Shown here piece by piece: positions 12,119 to 25,984 of a stretch of DNA of 64,000 nucleotides. The DNA lies in assembly GCA_043228905.1 (NCBI GenBank), contig JBHGNT010000008.1:17732001-17796000 (forward strand). Reading direction: 5' to 3'. The first letter of the stretch is position 1, and each line of letters begins with the position of its first letter. The notes below the pieces were generated by a model. The model searched no databases. It was not told the origin of the DNA and saw nothing but the letters and a program-made list of their open reading frames with translations. This DNA is from Azolla caroliniana (taxonomy: Eukaryota; Plantae; Polypodiophyta). The position numbers and the translations under genes were made by a program.

Positions 12119-15100
12119 CTTGCGGATGTATTCGGATTGGGAGAGTTAGAGAGTTTTGGTCATCCGATTTCGCTCTATCCTCATGCCCAATATGTGTCGT
12201 GCTTGTCCGAGTTCCTTCATCGCAAACTTTGCTTCAAGGCTTCGCTTCAACTTACCGATCTCTGCTTGATTGCTGCCTGCAATCAACATGTCATTGACAT
12301 ATACGATCAGGTAGATCCTGGACTCGTCAGTCAATTGCCAAACATACATGCATGGGTTGGAGTTTGATTTGCTGTATCCAAGCTGTCGTATGTAGGAGTC
12401 AAACTTCTGGTACCACATTCTCGGCGCTTGTTTGAGGCCATATAGACTTTTCTTTAGTCGACATACGAAGTGACTGTCCTCCCCCGTCGCTGTGAAGCCT
12501 GCCGGTTGAGACATGTATATGTTGTAAAAACGAATAGCGTGCGGAAGTAATAGAAAACCGAACACAGAAACACAGGTTTAATGGAGCGCTTGACAGTACG
12601 CGGGAGAGACAGAGAAAGAGCAGAACAAGTTAAATCTATTACCAAACAATAATAATTCTCTATACATAGAACGTGCTCAACAACACTATTTATACAAGTC
12701 CTTAGAGGACTGACAGAAGTACGGTGTACTTCAATGCTCATATGAGCGTCTGACACTAACTATGAGACATTAACTACTTAGTAGTCTAGGCTGTTACTAG
12801 GCTTCCGGTTACTATTGGATCTGGCTAACTGGCTCCCCAGCTCACCGGCTCATCCTTCCAGATGCCGATCCGACTCAGGCTTATTCAGCCGATCTGGATC
12901 TGGTTGAGCTTGCTGCCCAACACTCCCCCTCAAGCTCAACTTGAGGTCGGATCGTAGTGTCAGTGTCTATAGCAACCAATCCTTCCACCCGGCTCCTTCT
13001 GGCGTCACTCTGCCTCGCTTGCGCTCCTCGTCCGGTCCGGTCCTGTTTGTCGTGACCCATCTGATTTTGCGCATCTCGACCTCCTCGGTAGGCTTGTCTG
13101 CTCAACAGGCCCAATTCAGCTCCCTCGCAGTTGTGACTTCGACGCTTGTCGATTCGCCGATTCCTTCGTGTTGGCATCGACTTTCGCTGCCTTCTTGTCC
13201 TCTTGGCCTTGAATTGATCCGGTTCTTCCGAATTCATCTGTTGAACCGAATCGACTGTCTCCGATTCGTTCCAGCTCTTGTCCGAATCGGTTGCTCCCGA
13301 TTCGTCTTCCGGTTCTAGGCCCTTCACCACATCGGACCATGTCTGGGTCTTGGCCTTCTTCTTGTCTCCCCGTTTGTCAGTTCTTCCCTCATCGGCACAA
13401 TCAACAATTTCTTTGCCTTTGCCCGTTCCGGTGTCTTTGCCCATTCTCCCCCTCAAGTGTGGCACGTCGAGATGCTGAGCATTTCGGTCAAGTGTTGCAA
13501 CTTGTCCGATCCGAGCGGTTTGGTGAAGATGTCGGCAACTTGCCGATCCGTATGAACATACCAAAGTTCAACTTCACCGTTCAGAACACGCTCATACAGG
13601 AAGTGGTAGTGCACTTCTATGTGCTTTGTGCGAGCATGGAATGCGGGGTTCTTGGCGAGCTGCATGCTGCTTATTGTCGCAGTAGATCAGGATCGAGGTT
13701 GGCACCTCGATCCGCAGGTCTTGCAGCAATCGCCGAAGGCAAATGGCTCCACAGGTGGCCATGGTAGCGCCCCGGTATTCAGTCTCAGTGCTCGAAAGGG
13801 ACACTGTTCGCTGCTTTTTGTTGCTCCATGCAACAACTGCGCTACCAAGGGAAAACATATAGCCGAAGGTGGATCGACGATCCGATGCATCGCTGGCCCA
13901 ATCGGCATCGGTGTGGCTGACTAGCTCTTCGGTTATACCATGCCGGTATAACAGTCCTCGGTCCTTCGTGCCGCTCACATATCGCAAAATTCGATGCGTG
14001 CACAAAAGGTGCTCCACGGTCGGCTTCTACATATATTGGCTGATCATGCCGATTGAATAACTGATGTTAGGTCGGGTGATTGTCAAATATATAAGGCTTC
14101 CCATGATCCGTCGGAACCGCTTCTCATCGTAGGTCGGTCCGGAGTCGAGAGAGAGCTTCTGGTTCCGGTCCAGGGGTGTGGAGATCGGTTGGCATTCCGT
14201 CATGCCGAACTTGTACAACATATTCAACACACAGTGTCTTTGAGAGAGCAATATGCCGTTGGGGGTTCAGATCACCTCGATCCCAAGGAAATAGTGAAGG
14301 TCCCCCAGGTCCATCTCAAATGCGCTTGACAATTGGGACTTGACTCGGCGGATTTCATCGAGTCCGGGTCTGGTGATGACTAGATCATCAACATACAGCA
14401 AGATGCAAACTGGACCATCCGGACCTTGCCGGATGAACAATGAAGAGTCGGACTTGGAGGCCGCAAACCCCATCTTATGCAACCGGTGCGTGATCTTTGC
14501 ATTCCAAGCTCGGGGGCTTGTTTCAGGCCATAAAGTGACTTCTTCAGCCAACATACCGCCGACTTGTTCATCTTTGACTGGAAACAGGGGGGTTGGGTCA
14601 TACTTCTTCAAGATCCCCTTGAAGAAATGCATTCTTCACGTCCATCTGGTGAAGATGCTACTCCCTTGCCGCAACAACCGCCAACACCACACGAATCGTC
14701 GTCATCTTCGCTACCGGAGCGAAGGTCTCATCGTAGTCGATTCAGTGGGTCTGCACGTATCCCTTCGCCACTAACTAGGCCTTGTACTAGTGAACCGAAC
14801 CGTCGGCATTGTACTTTACCTTGTACACCCATTTGCAACCGATCGGTTTACAGTGTCGGGGAGGGTCAACGAGGTCCCATGTGTTGTTGGCATCTGTGCC
14901 CGTATTTCTTCCTCGATAGCGGCACACCAATTTGAGTCCTTTGCCACTTCTACGTAGCTCTCCGGCTCACGCACTTACGCCACCTTGGTCATGTACGCAT
15001 AGTGATGCGCCATGTACTCATTGTACCCGTACCGCTTCACGGGGTTCTTCTGGCAGGAAGACCGGCGTAATCTACCGTTACTTGGTTTGAGGCCCTTCTT

Positions 15101-15532
15101 GGCCGGTTCGGACTTTGTTCCCGAAGATCCGCCTTCTTCCTTACCGGAGTCGGATTCGCTTCGATCCGACTCAACGTTGCCGATTTCGTATTCCGGCATC
15201 TTCTTCTTCCCCTTCTCTTTGTGCATGAACCATCTCCTTGGTTCCTTGCGCGGGGAGAGCACGACAGAGTCTCCACTACTTGCCGGTTCCTCATCCGATT
15301 GGTCATCTCGACTCAGTCGCTCGGTCGGCCCGCTCAACCGAAACAATTCCGGACTCACATCTAGAGTCTCGAGCCCTTTGTCTTCTAATTGGACTGGTTC
15401 AAGCTCACTAGCCTAATCCCCCAGTATCGGGTCGGGATCGGAAGTCGGAGCCGGTAAGGCATACCATGATGCCGTCTCATCAAACTCAACATCCCGGCTA
15501 ACTCAGACCTGCTTCGTCCGGGGGTTATAACA

Positions 15533-18500
15533 TGTTGAGATACAAGCTCAACATTTGTGCGTAATATGATGCGTAAGCAGTGCACAGACTAGGTGCGTAA
15601 AATCGGCACGCGTAACATGGTCGTAGCGGTGCATAAACTACGAGGCCGTTTGATAGACATTCCTCGTAAGGAATAGTTTTGGGAGTGAGTGTCGAGGCTC
15701 ATTTATGAGCAGTAAAGTACTATCAGTACTTGTGTCAGCCCGATTGTCAGGGCTTGTATAAAAGGTTACTGGAGCTATGTCGATGGAGCAAATGACACAA
15801 CACCCGATTCGACACACAAAGACTTCCCGGCGTGGGAACAATCGGCGAGCAGAGCGTTGTACTGTTTTGCGTCTTGTGTGGGCGAACAGCTATTAAGCTA
15901 CGTTCGGGATGCAAAAATGCCGAAGGGTGCGTGGGAAAATCTGAAGAAGATCTTCGCCGCGAGCACCACAGCCAGGAAGCTTTAGCTCCGACAGGAGTTG
16001 AGCAACCTACGACAACGCGATTTGTTGGTGGCTGACTATACCTCGAAGATCAAGGACATATGCGACTCCTTAGCCTCCATCGATGTGAACATCGAGGAAA
16101 GCGAGATGGTTCAGGTCTGTCTCGGGGGTTTGGCGTCAAAGTTCGGAGCGTTCCGAACTGCTGTGTGTACATGGGACAATACACCGTCGTTTTTTGACTT
16201 ACAATCGATGCTCCTTATAGAGGAGAACCACGCGGGTGCGTCGACAAGCACGCATGCCGACAACAAGATGCTGTACACAGAGGGAGAGAGGCCCCGTGGT
16301 CGTGGCGGACGAGGCGAGTCGGTACGCAATGGAGGCGGCCGACGGGATCAAGGAAGAAGGCACCGAAGTGATGCTGACTACAAATCTGGACCCTCCAGAA
16401 ACAGGGGGAGTCGAGGCGATGAGAACCAGAAAGGGAAATCCGTCGCGGAATGCTGGTACTGTGGCAAGAAAGGCCACAGGGAGAGTGAGTGCTGGAAAAA
16501 ACGCGCCGATTCGGAGAGAACCGGGTCCGGACAGACCGACAAAGGAAATCGGCAACGATCGCACTACGCCGAAAGATCTGGAGAAGCCGGAAAAGGGTCA
16601 GTCTTCGTGACAAGACATGAAGCAAACTCAATGAAGCAGTCCGCCCCGAAATCAGACGAGGTGTGGTACGTCAACCCCGGCGCGTCAAACCATATGACGT
16701 GCCACAAGGAGTGGGTTTCATACCTTGAGAAACTGACACAATCGGGAGTAGTCGCAACCGGAGACGACACTCCGCATTCGATCGCGAATGTCGGAGAAGT
16801 TCCCCTGAGCCACGTCGGGCAGAAAGGGAAACTCATGAATGTGCTACACGTTCTGACAATCACGAAGAACTTGGTGTCGGTCGGACAGATTGTTGACCAA
16901 GGGATGCATGTCCGGTTTACACACCTCGGGTGCTTCATTGAGGAAGAAGGCCGTGTTATTGTGCAAGGGCCCAAAGATGGGAGGATGTTCATCCTCGACT
17001 CTACTGACGGTGGCACCGCAATGTTTGCAAAGGGAACAAAAGTCGAGTCGGACATCGAGTTATGGCACAAGCGGATAGGCCACGTCAACTACCAACGGCT
17101 TCAGGACCTACAATTGAAACAAGTGGTATTCGGATTACCCAAATTTAGTGGTCGGAAGGCACAAATTTGTGAAGCCTGCCAGTTTGGGAAGCAACACCGA
17201 CTTCCCTTCCTAAACGAGTGTAACCGGAGCCAGAACAAGCTCGACTTGATACACTCCGATGTGTGGGGACCGGCACAAAACATTAGTCTTGGCGGGAGCC
17301 GATATTTCATCTCCTTCATCGACGACTACACGCGGCACACGTGGATCTACGTCATTGAGAGGAAGAGCGAAGTCTTTGACTATTTTCGGGACCTCAAAGG
17401 GTTCGTGGAAACGGAAACAAGACGAAAGATCAAGTGCCTGCGGTTGGATGGAGGAAAAGAATACTTTTCCGGTCAATTCAATGGTTATCTACAACAGATG
17501 GGAATTCGGCGAGAATTAAATTGTAGATACACGCCGGAGCAAAACGGCGTGGCCGAGAGGAAAAATCGGTCGGTTGTGGAAGCGGCACGGGCAATGCTGG
17601 AGGAGAAGACTTGCCCAGGTTCTACTGGGTCGAGGCGGTAAGGACCGCGATATACATCCAAAATCGGATCGGAGAAAAATTGTCGGCGCATGAGCAGTAT
17701 TTCGGAAGGAAGCCGAATCTATGACACTTGAGAGTTTTCGGTAGCATTGCGTATGTGCATGTACCGAAGGAGAAAAGGAGGAAGTTGGACGTGAAAGCCG
17801 AGAAGTGTATCTTGGTCGGTTACTCAGACGAGTAGAAGGGTTATAAGTGTTATAACCCACGCACCAAACAAGCGCGCGTGAGCCGCGATGTTGTGTTTGA
17901 TGAGTTCGCGTCCTGGTACTTGCCTCTGACTCCGGACCTCACCTCCAATCCGAGTTCTGACGATGAGGTCAACGAGGCCGAGATGCCTCCGGATGAGCCT
18001 GAAATCGGGACCCGCAAAGAGAGTCCGATTTCGTTTCGATTAAGTGGACGGAATGGACGACTGAGTCGGTTCGACTAGTCCGATGAAGAGCCGGCGAGTA
18101 GTGGAGACTCGGTCGTGCATTCCCCGCGTAGGAAGCCGAAGAGACGGCTTATGCGCAAAGAGAAAGGGAAGAAGAAGGTGTCAGATTCCGGCACAGATAG
18201 GAACGAGTCAAACCGACGTGAGTTCGACTCCTAGGGAAGCGGTGATGGGTCTTCAAGAGTGAAGTCTGCGTCGGCCGAAAAGACCTCGACATCGGTTAAT
18301 GACCGATTACGCCGATCTACCCGCCAGAAGAACCCAGTTGTGCGGTTCGGATACAACGAGTACATGGCGCATCATTATGCGTACATGACCCGTGTAGCGG
18401 AAGTGCGTGAGCCGGAGAGCTACGCAGAAGCGGCTAAGGACGCGAATTGGCGCGCCGCGATGGAGGAAGAGATGCACGCATTGGCGGAAAACGAGACCTG

Positions 18501-20860
18501 GGACCTGGTTGACGCACTGAAGGGTGTGAAGCCGATCGGATGTAGGTGGGTGTACAAGGTCAAGTACAACACCGACGGCTCGGTCAACCGATACAAGGCC
18601 CGGTTAGTGGCAAAAGGCTATGCACAAAAACACGGCATCGACTACGATGAGACGTTTGCGTCGGTCGCAAAGATGATGACCGTCCATGTTTTGCTCGTGG
18701 TAGCTGCGGCAAAGGGGTGGCACTTACATCAGATGGATGTAAAGAATGCATTCTTGCAAGGTGAGCTTGAGGAACAGGTGTACATGGTACAGCCCCCCGG
18801 CTTTCACTGCGGAACGAACACGTCGGCAGTGTGCCGATTGAAGAAGTCCCTTTACGGACTGAAGCAAGCCCCGCGTGCCTGGAACGCGAAGATCACGCAG
18901 CAAATGCGTAGGATGGGTTTTGCAAGTCACAATCAGACTCTTCCCTGTTCATCCAGAAAGGTCGACTCGGTTCGGTAAGTATTTTACTATATGTTGATGA
19001 CTTGGTCATCACCGGCGCCAACCTAGGTGAAATCGACCGTGTGAAGCTCCAGCTTGCGGCATCATTCGACATGAAGGATCTGGGGAACCTTCATTACTTC
19101 CTCGGGATCGAAGTGATCCGCACCTCCGAAGGCATACTGATCAACCAATGTCATTACGCGTTGAATATGCTCTTCAAATTCGGGATGGCAAACTGTAAGT
19201 CCGTCTCGACTCCTCTGGATAGAACCGTCAAGCTTCGCCCCAATTCCGGAAAGGTATGCGACCCGACGAGGTTCCGACAAATTGTCGGAAGCCTTCTCTA
19301 CTTGACAATCATCCGACCCGATCTCAGTTATCCGGTCGGGGTGATCAGTCAGTTCATGGCGCAACCTACCGAGGAGCACCATCAGTGTGCACAACGCGTA
19401 CTGCAGTACGTAAACGGTACTAAGGACCGAGGATTGCTATATCGGACCGGTACAACCTCGCAGTTGGTCGGCTACACCGATGTTGATTGGGCTGGCAACG
19501 CCGCCGATCACCGATCCACGTCCGGGTACACGTTCTCTCTTGGGAGTGGAGTAGTAAGAAGCACCCGACAAATGCACTGTCGAGCACCGAAGCCGAGTAC
19601 CGGGGAGCGGTTGTCGTGACATGTGAAGCCGTATGGTTGAAGCGGCTACTTAAGGATCTGCAAGAGGAGGTGCCCGATCCTATGATGATCTACTGCGACA
19701 ACCTCAGCAACATCCAGCTCACGAAGAACCCTGTTTTCCACACACTGACCAAGCACATTGAGGTGCACTACCATTTTGTCCGTGAGCGTGTCCTTTTTGG
19801 TGAAGTCGAACTTCAGTATGTTCCGACGGATTGGCAAACTGCCGACATCTTCACCAAGCCCCTTGGTCTGGACAAGTTGCGGCAATTCTCGGGTGCGCTT
19901 GGGTTGAGTCACCTCGACGTGCCAAACTTGAGGGGGAGAGACGTCCCGAATGACCATGGAAGGAAGCAGGAAAGGAGCGGAGAAGACCGCGACGCCGAGT
20001 CGGCCGAGTCGGATGACGAATTCGACTTCGGATCGGCTGAAGAAGCCAAGGGCGGACATAAGGGGAGCAACTGAAAGGAAGAGCCGAAGTCAACCAAGCA
20101 TGCGGGACATGACGCCGTCAAGGGTGAGAAGACCGAAGACGAGTCTGAGAGAGCCAACTCGGACGAGAGCGAAAACCGATCGGAGGTAGTCGAGTCGGTT
20201 CGGATGTTTGATTCGGATGCATTGAATCAACCAAGGACCAAGCAGAGAAGAAAGCAACAGGAGAAGCGCCAACACTACGACAGTAAGGGAGCTGTGAAGG
20301 GTTGTGGGAGCAGACAAGCCGACCGGAAGGGTCGAAGCGCGCGGAGTCGAACAGGCCGAGGAGCGCGAGCGAGGCGTGAAGCCAAGAGATGCCGGAGCGT
20401 AGATCCGGCGGAGCAGGCAGAACCTCAAGTTGCGCTTGAGGGGGAGTGTTGAGAGACAAGCTCAGCATTTGTGTGTAATACGATGTGTAAGCAGTGCGTA
20501 GAATGGATGCGTAAAATCGGTACGCATAACATAGTCGTAGCGGTGTGTAAACCGCGAGGCCGTTTGAAAGATATTCCTCGTAAGGAATAGTTTTGGGAGT
20601 GAGTGTCGAGGCTCATTTATGAGCAGTAAAGTACTGTCAGTACTTGTGTCAGCCCGATTGTCAGGGCTTGTATAAAAGGTGCTCACTGAGCACGATGTAT
20701 GTACAGATTAAGTATTATTTTTTAATTAAGTTCTTGTGTTTACTCTCTCTCTCTCTATGTGTCTCCCTCTCGTGCGTACTGTGCAAACCTAAGCTTTCCA
20801 TTAAACCTGCGTTTTCTGTTGTTCGGTTTCCTATATTACTTCCGCACGCCATTCTTTTCA
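15533..20860 (+). mobile_element. Ty1/Copia element G nested in the integrase of F; partial 5' LTR 15533-~15766, 3' LTR 20447-20860
   Basis: TSD TAACA at 15528-15532 and 20861-20865. The U3 sequence is shared by both LTRs. PPT CTTGAGGGGGAG at 20435-20446. Gag-protease-integrase ORF 15998..17641, RT 18259..18978, RT/RNase H 19002..20074. Confidence 0.93.
15998..17641 (+). pseudogene. Copia G gag-protease-integrase polyprotein fragment
   Basis: CWYCGKKGHRESEC zinc knuckle, WYVNPGAS (decayed DSGAS), WHKRIGH..CEAC, HSDVWGP and YTPEQNGVAER. Frameshifted downstream. Confidence 0.9.
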
Positions 20861-23800
20861 TAACACTTATACCCCATTTGCTCATGTGAGTAACCGGCCA
20901 CAATGCATTTCTCCGACTTTGCATCCAACTTCCTCCACTTCTCATCTAGCACATGCACATATGCAATGCTACCAAATATCCGAAGGTGTCTCAGATTCGG
21001 CTTGCGTCCGAAATACAGCTCATGCGTGGACACCTTGTCACCGATCCGGTTTTGGATGCAGACGGTCGTCCGGACCGCCTCAGCTCAGTAGAAATGGGGC
21101 ATGCTCTTCTCCTCCAGCATTGCCCTTGCCGCGCCGACAATCGACCTGTTCTTCCTTTCGGCCACACCGTTTTGCTCCGATGTGTATCTGCAGCTGAACT
21201 CTCTCCGAATTCCTTTTTGCTGTAGATAATTGTTGAATTGGCCGGAAAAATATTCTTTTCCGACATCCGACCGCAGGCACTTGATCTTCCTCTCCGTTTC
21301 TCGTTCAACCAGACTTTGGAGGTTCCGGAAACACTCAAAGACTTCGCTCTTCCACTCATGAGGTAGATCCATGTGTGCTAGCTGTAGTCATCAATGAAGG
21401 AGACGAAGTATCGACTCCCGCCAAGACTAACGTTCTGTGCCGGTCCCCATACATCCGAATGAATAAGGTCGAGCTTGTTACGGCTACGGTTTTGTTCGGT
21501 GGGGAATGGAAGCCGATGTTGCTTCCTGAGTTGGCAGGCTTCACATATTTGGACCTTTCGGCCACTGAACTTCAACAAACTGAAAAGAACTTGTTTCGTT
21601 TGTAGGTCTCGAAGCCTCTAGTAATTGATGTGACCGATCCGCTTGTGCCAGAGGTCAATATCCGATTCAATCTTCTGTCCTTTGGCGAACAAAGCGGTGT
21701 CGACGTCATTGGTGTCGAGGATGAACATCCTCCCATCTTTGTGCCCTTGCGCAATAATCTGGCCCTCTTCCTTGATGAAGCACCCTAGGTGCGTAAATCG
21801 CACCTGCATCCCCTGATCGACGATTTGCCCAATTGACACCAGGTTCTTTGTGATAGTTGGAACGTGTAATACGTTCATCAGTTTCCCCCTCTATCCGACA
21901 TGGCTCAAAGGGACTTCTCCGACATGCACAATTGGGTGAGGAGTGTCATCTCCGGTTTCGACGACTCCCTGTTGTTCCGGTTTCTCCAAGAAGGAGAACC
22001 ACTCTTTGTGGCTCGTCATGTGATTCGACGCACTGGAATCAATGTACCACACTTCCTCCGATTTGGAAGTGGTCTTCTTCATCGAGTTAGCCTCGTGTTT
22101 CATCACCAAGGTCGGCCCTTTACCGGCTTTTCTAGTATTGGATCCTCCCGATCCTTCTGCATAGTGCGAATATTGTTGGCTCTCTCTGCCGGCCTTGCCG
22201 GATCCGGATCTGTCCGAATCGGTGCGCTTCTTCCAGCACTCACTTTCTCTATGGCCCTTTTTACCACAGTACCAGCATGCCGTGTCGCCCTTTGCTTGTC
22301 GACCTCCAGTGCTGCCTTGACTCCCCCTACTTGTGGAGGGTCTGGAACTGTTGTCGACACATTCTTTGTGCCTTCGGTCCTGCTCTTGCCGGTCGCTACC
22401 ATTGCAAACCGACCCGCCTTGTCCACCACGCCCACGGGGCCGATCCGCCTCCGTGTATAATATCCGGCTGTCGGTGGGCACAGTGACGCACCGGCGTGGT
22501 TCTCCTCAACAAGGAGCATCGACTGTAAGTCAAAAAATGACGACGTATTCTCCATTGTACATACCGTCGTTCGGAATGCTCTAAACATAGACGGTAAGCC
22601 CCCAAGACAGATCTGCACCATCTCATCTTCCTCCACATTGACGCTGATAGAGGCAAGTGAGTCACAGATCTCTTTGATTCGGGTCGTGTAATCGGCTACC
22701 GACATGTCCTTCTGTCGGACATTGCTCAACTCCTGTAGGAGTTGCAGCTTCTGGGCCGTAGTATTTGCCACGAAAACCTTCTTTAGGTTTCCCCAAGCTT
22801 CTTTTGGCATCTTGGCATCTCGGACATGGCTCAACAGTTGGTCTCCGACACTGGACGCAAAGCAGTACATCACTCTGCTTGCCGCTTGTTCCCACACTAG
22901 GAATTCCTTGTGTGCCGCATCAGGTGTTGTGTCGTTAGCTCCGTTGACATAGCTCCAGTAACCATGCCCAAACAGGTACTGGTGCATCTTGTAAGACCAA
23001 GATGCGTAGTTGGATCTATTGAGCTTCTCCACCGGGAGCGAGCTAGTCATTCCTTTGTCCATTTTGTTTTTCCTGTTCTTTACGAAGGTTAGGTTTTCTT
23101 CTTGAGCTAAGGTCGGCTGCAAAGGTTCTCAACCCTCGTGCTCTAATACCATGTAAAAACGAATAGCGTGTGGAAGTAATAGAAAACCGAACACAGAAAC
23201 ACAGGTTTAATGGAGAGCTTGACAGTACGCGGGAGAGACAGAGAAAGAGCAGAACAAGTTAAATCTATTACCAAACAATAATAGTTCTATGTACATAGAA
23301 CGTGCTCAACAGAACTATTTATACAAGTCCTTAGAGGACTGACAGAAGTACGGTGTACTTCAATGCTCATACGAGCGTCTGGCACTAACTATGAGACATT
23401 AACTACCTAGTAGTCTAGGCTGTTACTAGGCTTCCAGTTACTATTGGATCCGGCTAACCGGCTCCCCAGCTCACCGGCTCATCCTTCTGGATGCCGATCT
23501 GGCTTAGGCTTATTCAGTTGATCCGGATCCGGTTGAGCTTGCCACTCAACATATGTCTTCTTCCAGATCTTCGTGTAGGAATGTCGTCTTTACATCCATC
23601 TGCTCGAGCTTGAGGTCTTCTGTCGCCACAACTCCTAATAGGAGTCGGAGAGTGGTCATCGTGACTACTAGTTATAATATCTCGTCGTAGTCGACCCCGT
23701 ATTCTTGTTTAAATCCCTTTGCGACAAGTGGAGCTTTGTACTTGGGTTTCTTTGAGTCGAATACATACTTGTATCAGAACACCCATTTGCAAGGTAGCGA

Positions 23801-24941
23801 CTTTCTTCCTGCTGGTAGTTCGACCAGATCCCATGTCTGATTCTGGTGAATTGAGCCCATTTCGGATTTCATGGCTTGTAGCCACGTTTCGACGTCCGAT
23901 GCGGCCATACCTTCTTCATACGTGCTTGGTTCGCCTGCATCCGTGTAGTTGACGTAGTCGAGGCCCGCTTGATAGAACTCTGTTTGCCTTCAAGCTCATC
24001 GAGATCTCTTGGGTGTCGTGATGTTGGGTTCAATTCCTTCGATCGGTTCTGCTGGTTGATCGGTATTTATTGAACCATCTATATAAGGAGTCTTGTTAGG
24101 TGTCTCACCCCTAGTTTGGGATTTCGGCGGTGTTTGGTTGTTCTCCCATGTGGTTGTCGTCAACTATTTTCTGACTTGCCTCTTGGTGACTCTGCCTTTA
24201 TCGATCCTTGTCGATTTGGCTATGTCTTTGATGACTTTGTCTTTGAGTTCGATGATCGGACTTGTTGCCGATTCAGTGTCGGCAGGGAAGTAGTCAGCTG
24301 GTAGGAGTTCAATTTTCTGTTGACTCTTTGATTCAGCCCGGTGGGACGATCCTTTTACGACAGTTCTGTCATCTTCGAAGGATACCTTCTTACCAACTGT
24401 TTTCTGCTGGTTCCTTTGAGAGAAGATAGAGTCTTCATTGAAGACCACATCACTGATCCGGATTAGTTTCCGGTTCTCAGGGTTCCATAGCCTGTAGCCG
24501 AAGTCCCCATCGGTTTCATAATCGATAAATATGCACTTTGTTGCGTGGGGTGCCAACTTCGTCCTTTTGTTCCTGGGGATGAACGCGTAGGCTTCGCATC
24601 CGAATATATGGAGCCTATCGTTGGTCGGCTGTTTGCCTAACCATAGTGCCTGTGGCACTTTGAGCCTGATTGCTTTTGACGGCCCCAAATTTATGAGGTA
24701 CATTGTCGTCTGCAATGGCTCGTCCCAGAATTCGAGCTTCAGTCCGGCTTGCTGGAGCATTGCCGTCACCCTCTCTTGGATCGTCCTGTTGATCCGTTCT
24801 ACCACTCCATTTTGCATGGGTGTATAGGGAATGGTCTTTTGGTGTCAGATCCCTTTTTCGGACATGTACTGTTTGAAGGCTCTGGAGGTGTACTCACCTC
24901 CGTTGTCGGATCAGATTGTCTTCACTCTCTATCCCAACCGG

Positions 24942-25984
24942 TATCGTGAAGTACGAAAGCTTCACATTAAAAGTCTACAATAAGATAAATACGCAACTAA
25001 AATAACATTTGATAATGTTTTATATATAAAGATAATATTAACAACACATATGATAATATTAGATATATATGTAAAGAAAACGAATATATATATATATAGA
25101 TAAATATATTATATTACACGAACAAGAGAGGACTTGAACCAATAACCCCACCCTATGACTCTCAAATCTTACCATATAAAACATACTTTATATATACTAT
25201 ATATTACATAAAGGATTTGCTTCATGATATAAAAATAAAGTTGTATGTTGTATTCAATAGTATTTTGAGACTCAAACCCACAACCTCATACACCAAAGTC
25301 AACACACCTACCATTAGGCTAGGTCCTTTCTCCTTAAGATTATATTTTCATGTTTATTGTTATTGCATATATTGTTTCATACATAAAAGCTCAAATGAGC
25401 GAGATGTTTATCATGCATCACATGCATGTCTTGTACCCTCCAATGGGCGCACCTATTTAAAGGGTGAAAGAGGAGATCAAAGGGAGATGTGTATGAGATA
25501 TCAATCAAATATATATTACATAAGAGATATCATAAAATAGAGAAAGAAAGGAAGAAGTCAAGAAAAAGGTGGAGCTCTAGCTTGGCGATCGTGGTGGTCA
25601 ACTCTCAACAAGAGGGAGGCGGTTCGAGCCTTATCTTCATCAAAATATTGAAGTGAAGATTGTAGTGGTCTAGGATCAAGAAAGAGAAGAGCGATTACCT
25701 TGCAAGACAAAGTTCGGAGGATCAACGACGTGTACAATCATTTTGTAACTCTTTCAGGAAAATGATTATAAATTTCATACACTTTCTCATATATTATTTT
25801 ATATCTTATCTTGTCTTATCTTATATTCCTTAAAAATCCTATTTTTTCATATCTTATTGATCTCTATTCACTCCATCTCTAGTCTTTCGTCTCTTCCATC
25901 CATAATCCCAGTGATTCCTTCCTCAATTTCACGTTATCCTTTGTGTGTGCAACGCTACGCTTCTAGGCGAGCCACGTCACAACA
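24942..25984. mobile_element. Solo LTR (~1043 bp) inserted in the integrase of A
   Basis: Inverted termini TATCGTGA (decayed TGT) ... TCACAACA and 4-bp TSD CCGG. The A integrase sequence joins seamlessly across it. No coding content. Confidence 0.8.

Larger units (their letters stand above)
12523..23551 (-). mobile_element. Ty1/Copia element F nested in the RT of A; LTRs 12523-12922 and 23152-23551 (400 bp)
   Basis: Matching TG..CA LTRs with TSD TATGT on both sides. PBS GCTCTAATACCA at 23140-23151, abutting the LTR. PPT at 12923-12934. Fragmented gag (22103..23122), CCHC, protease, integrase, RT and RNase H ORFs. Confidence 0.93.
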
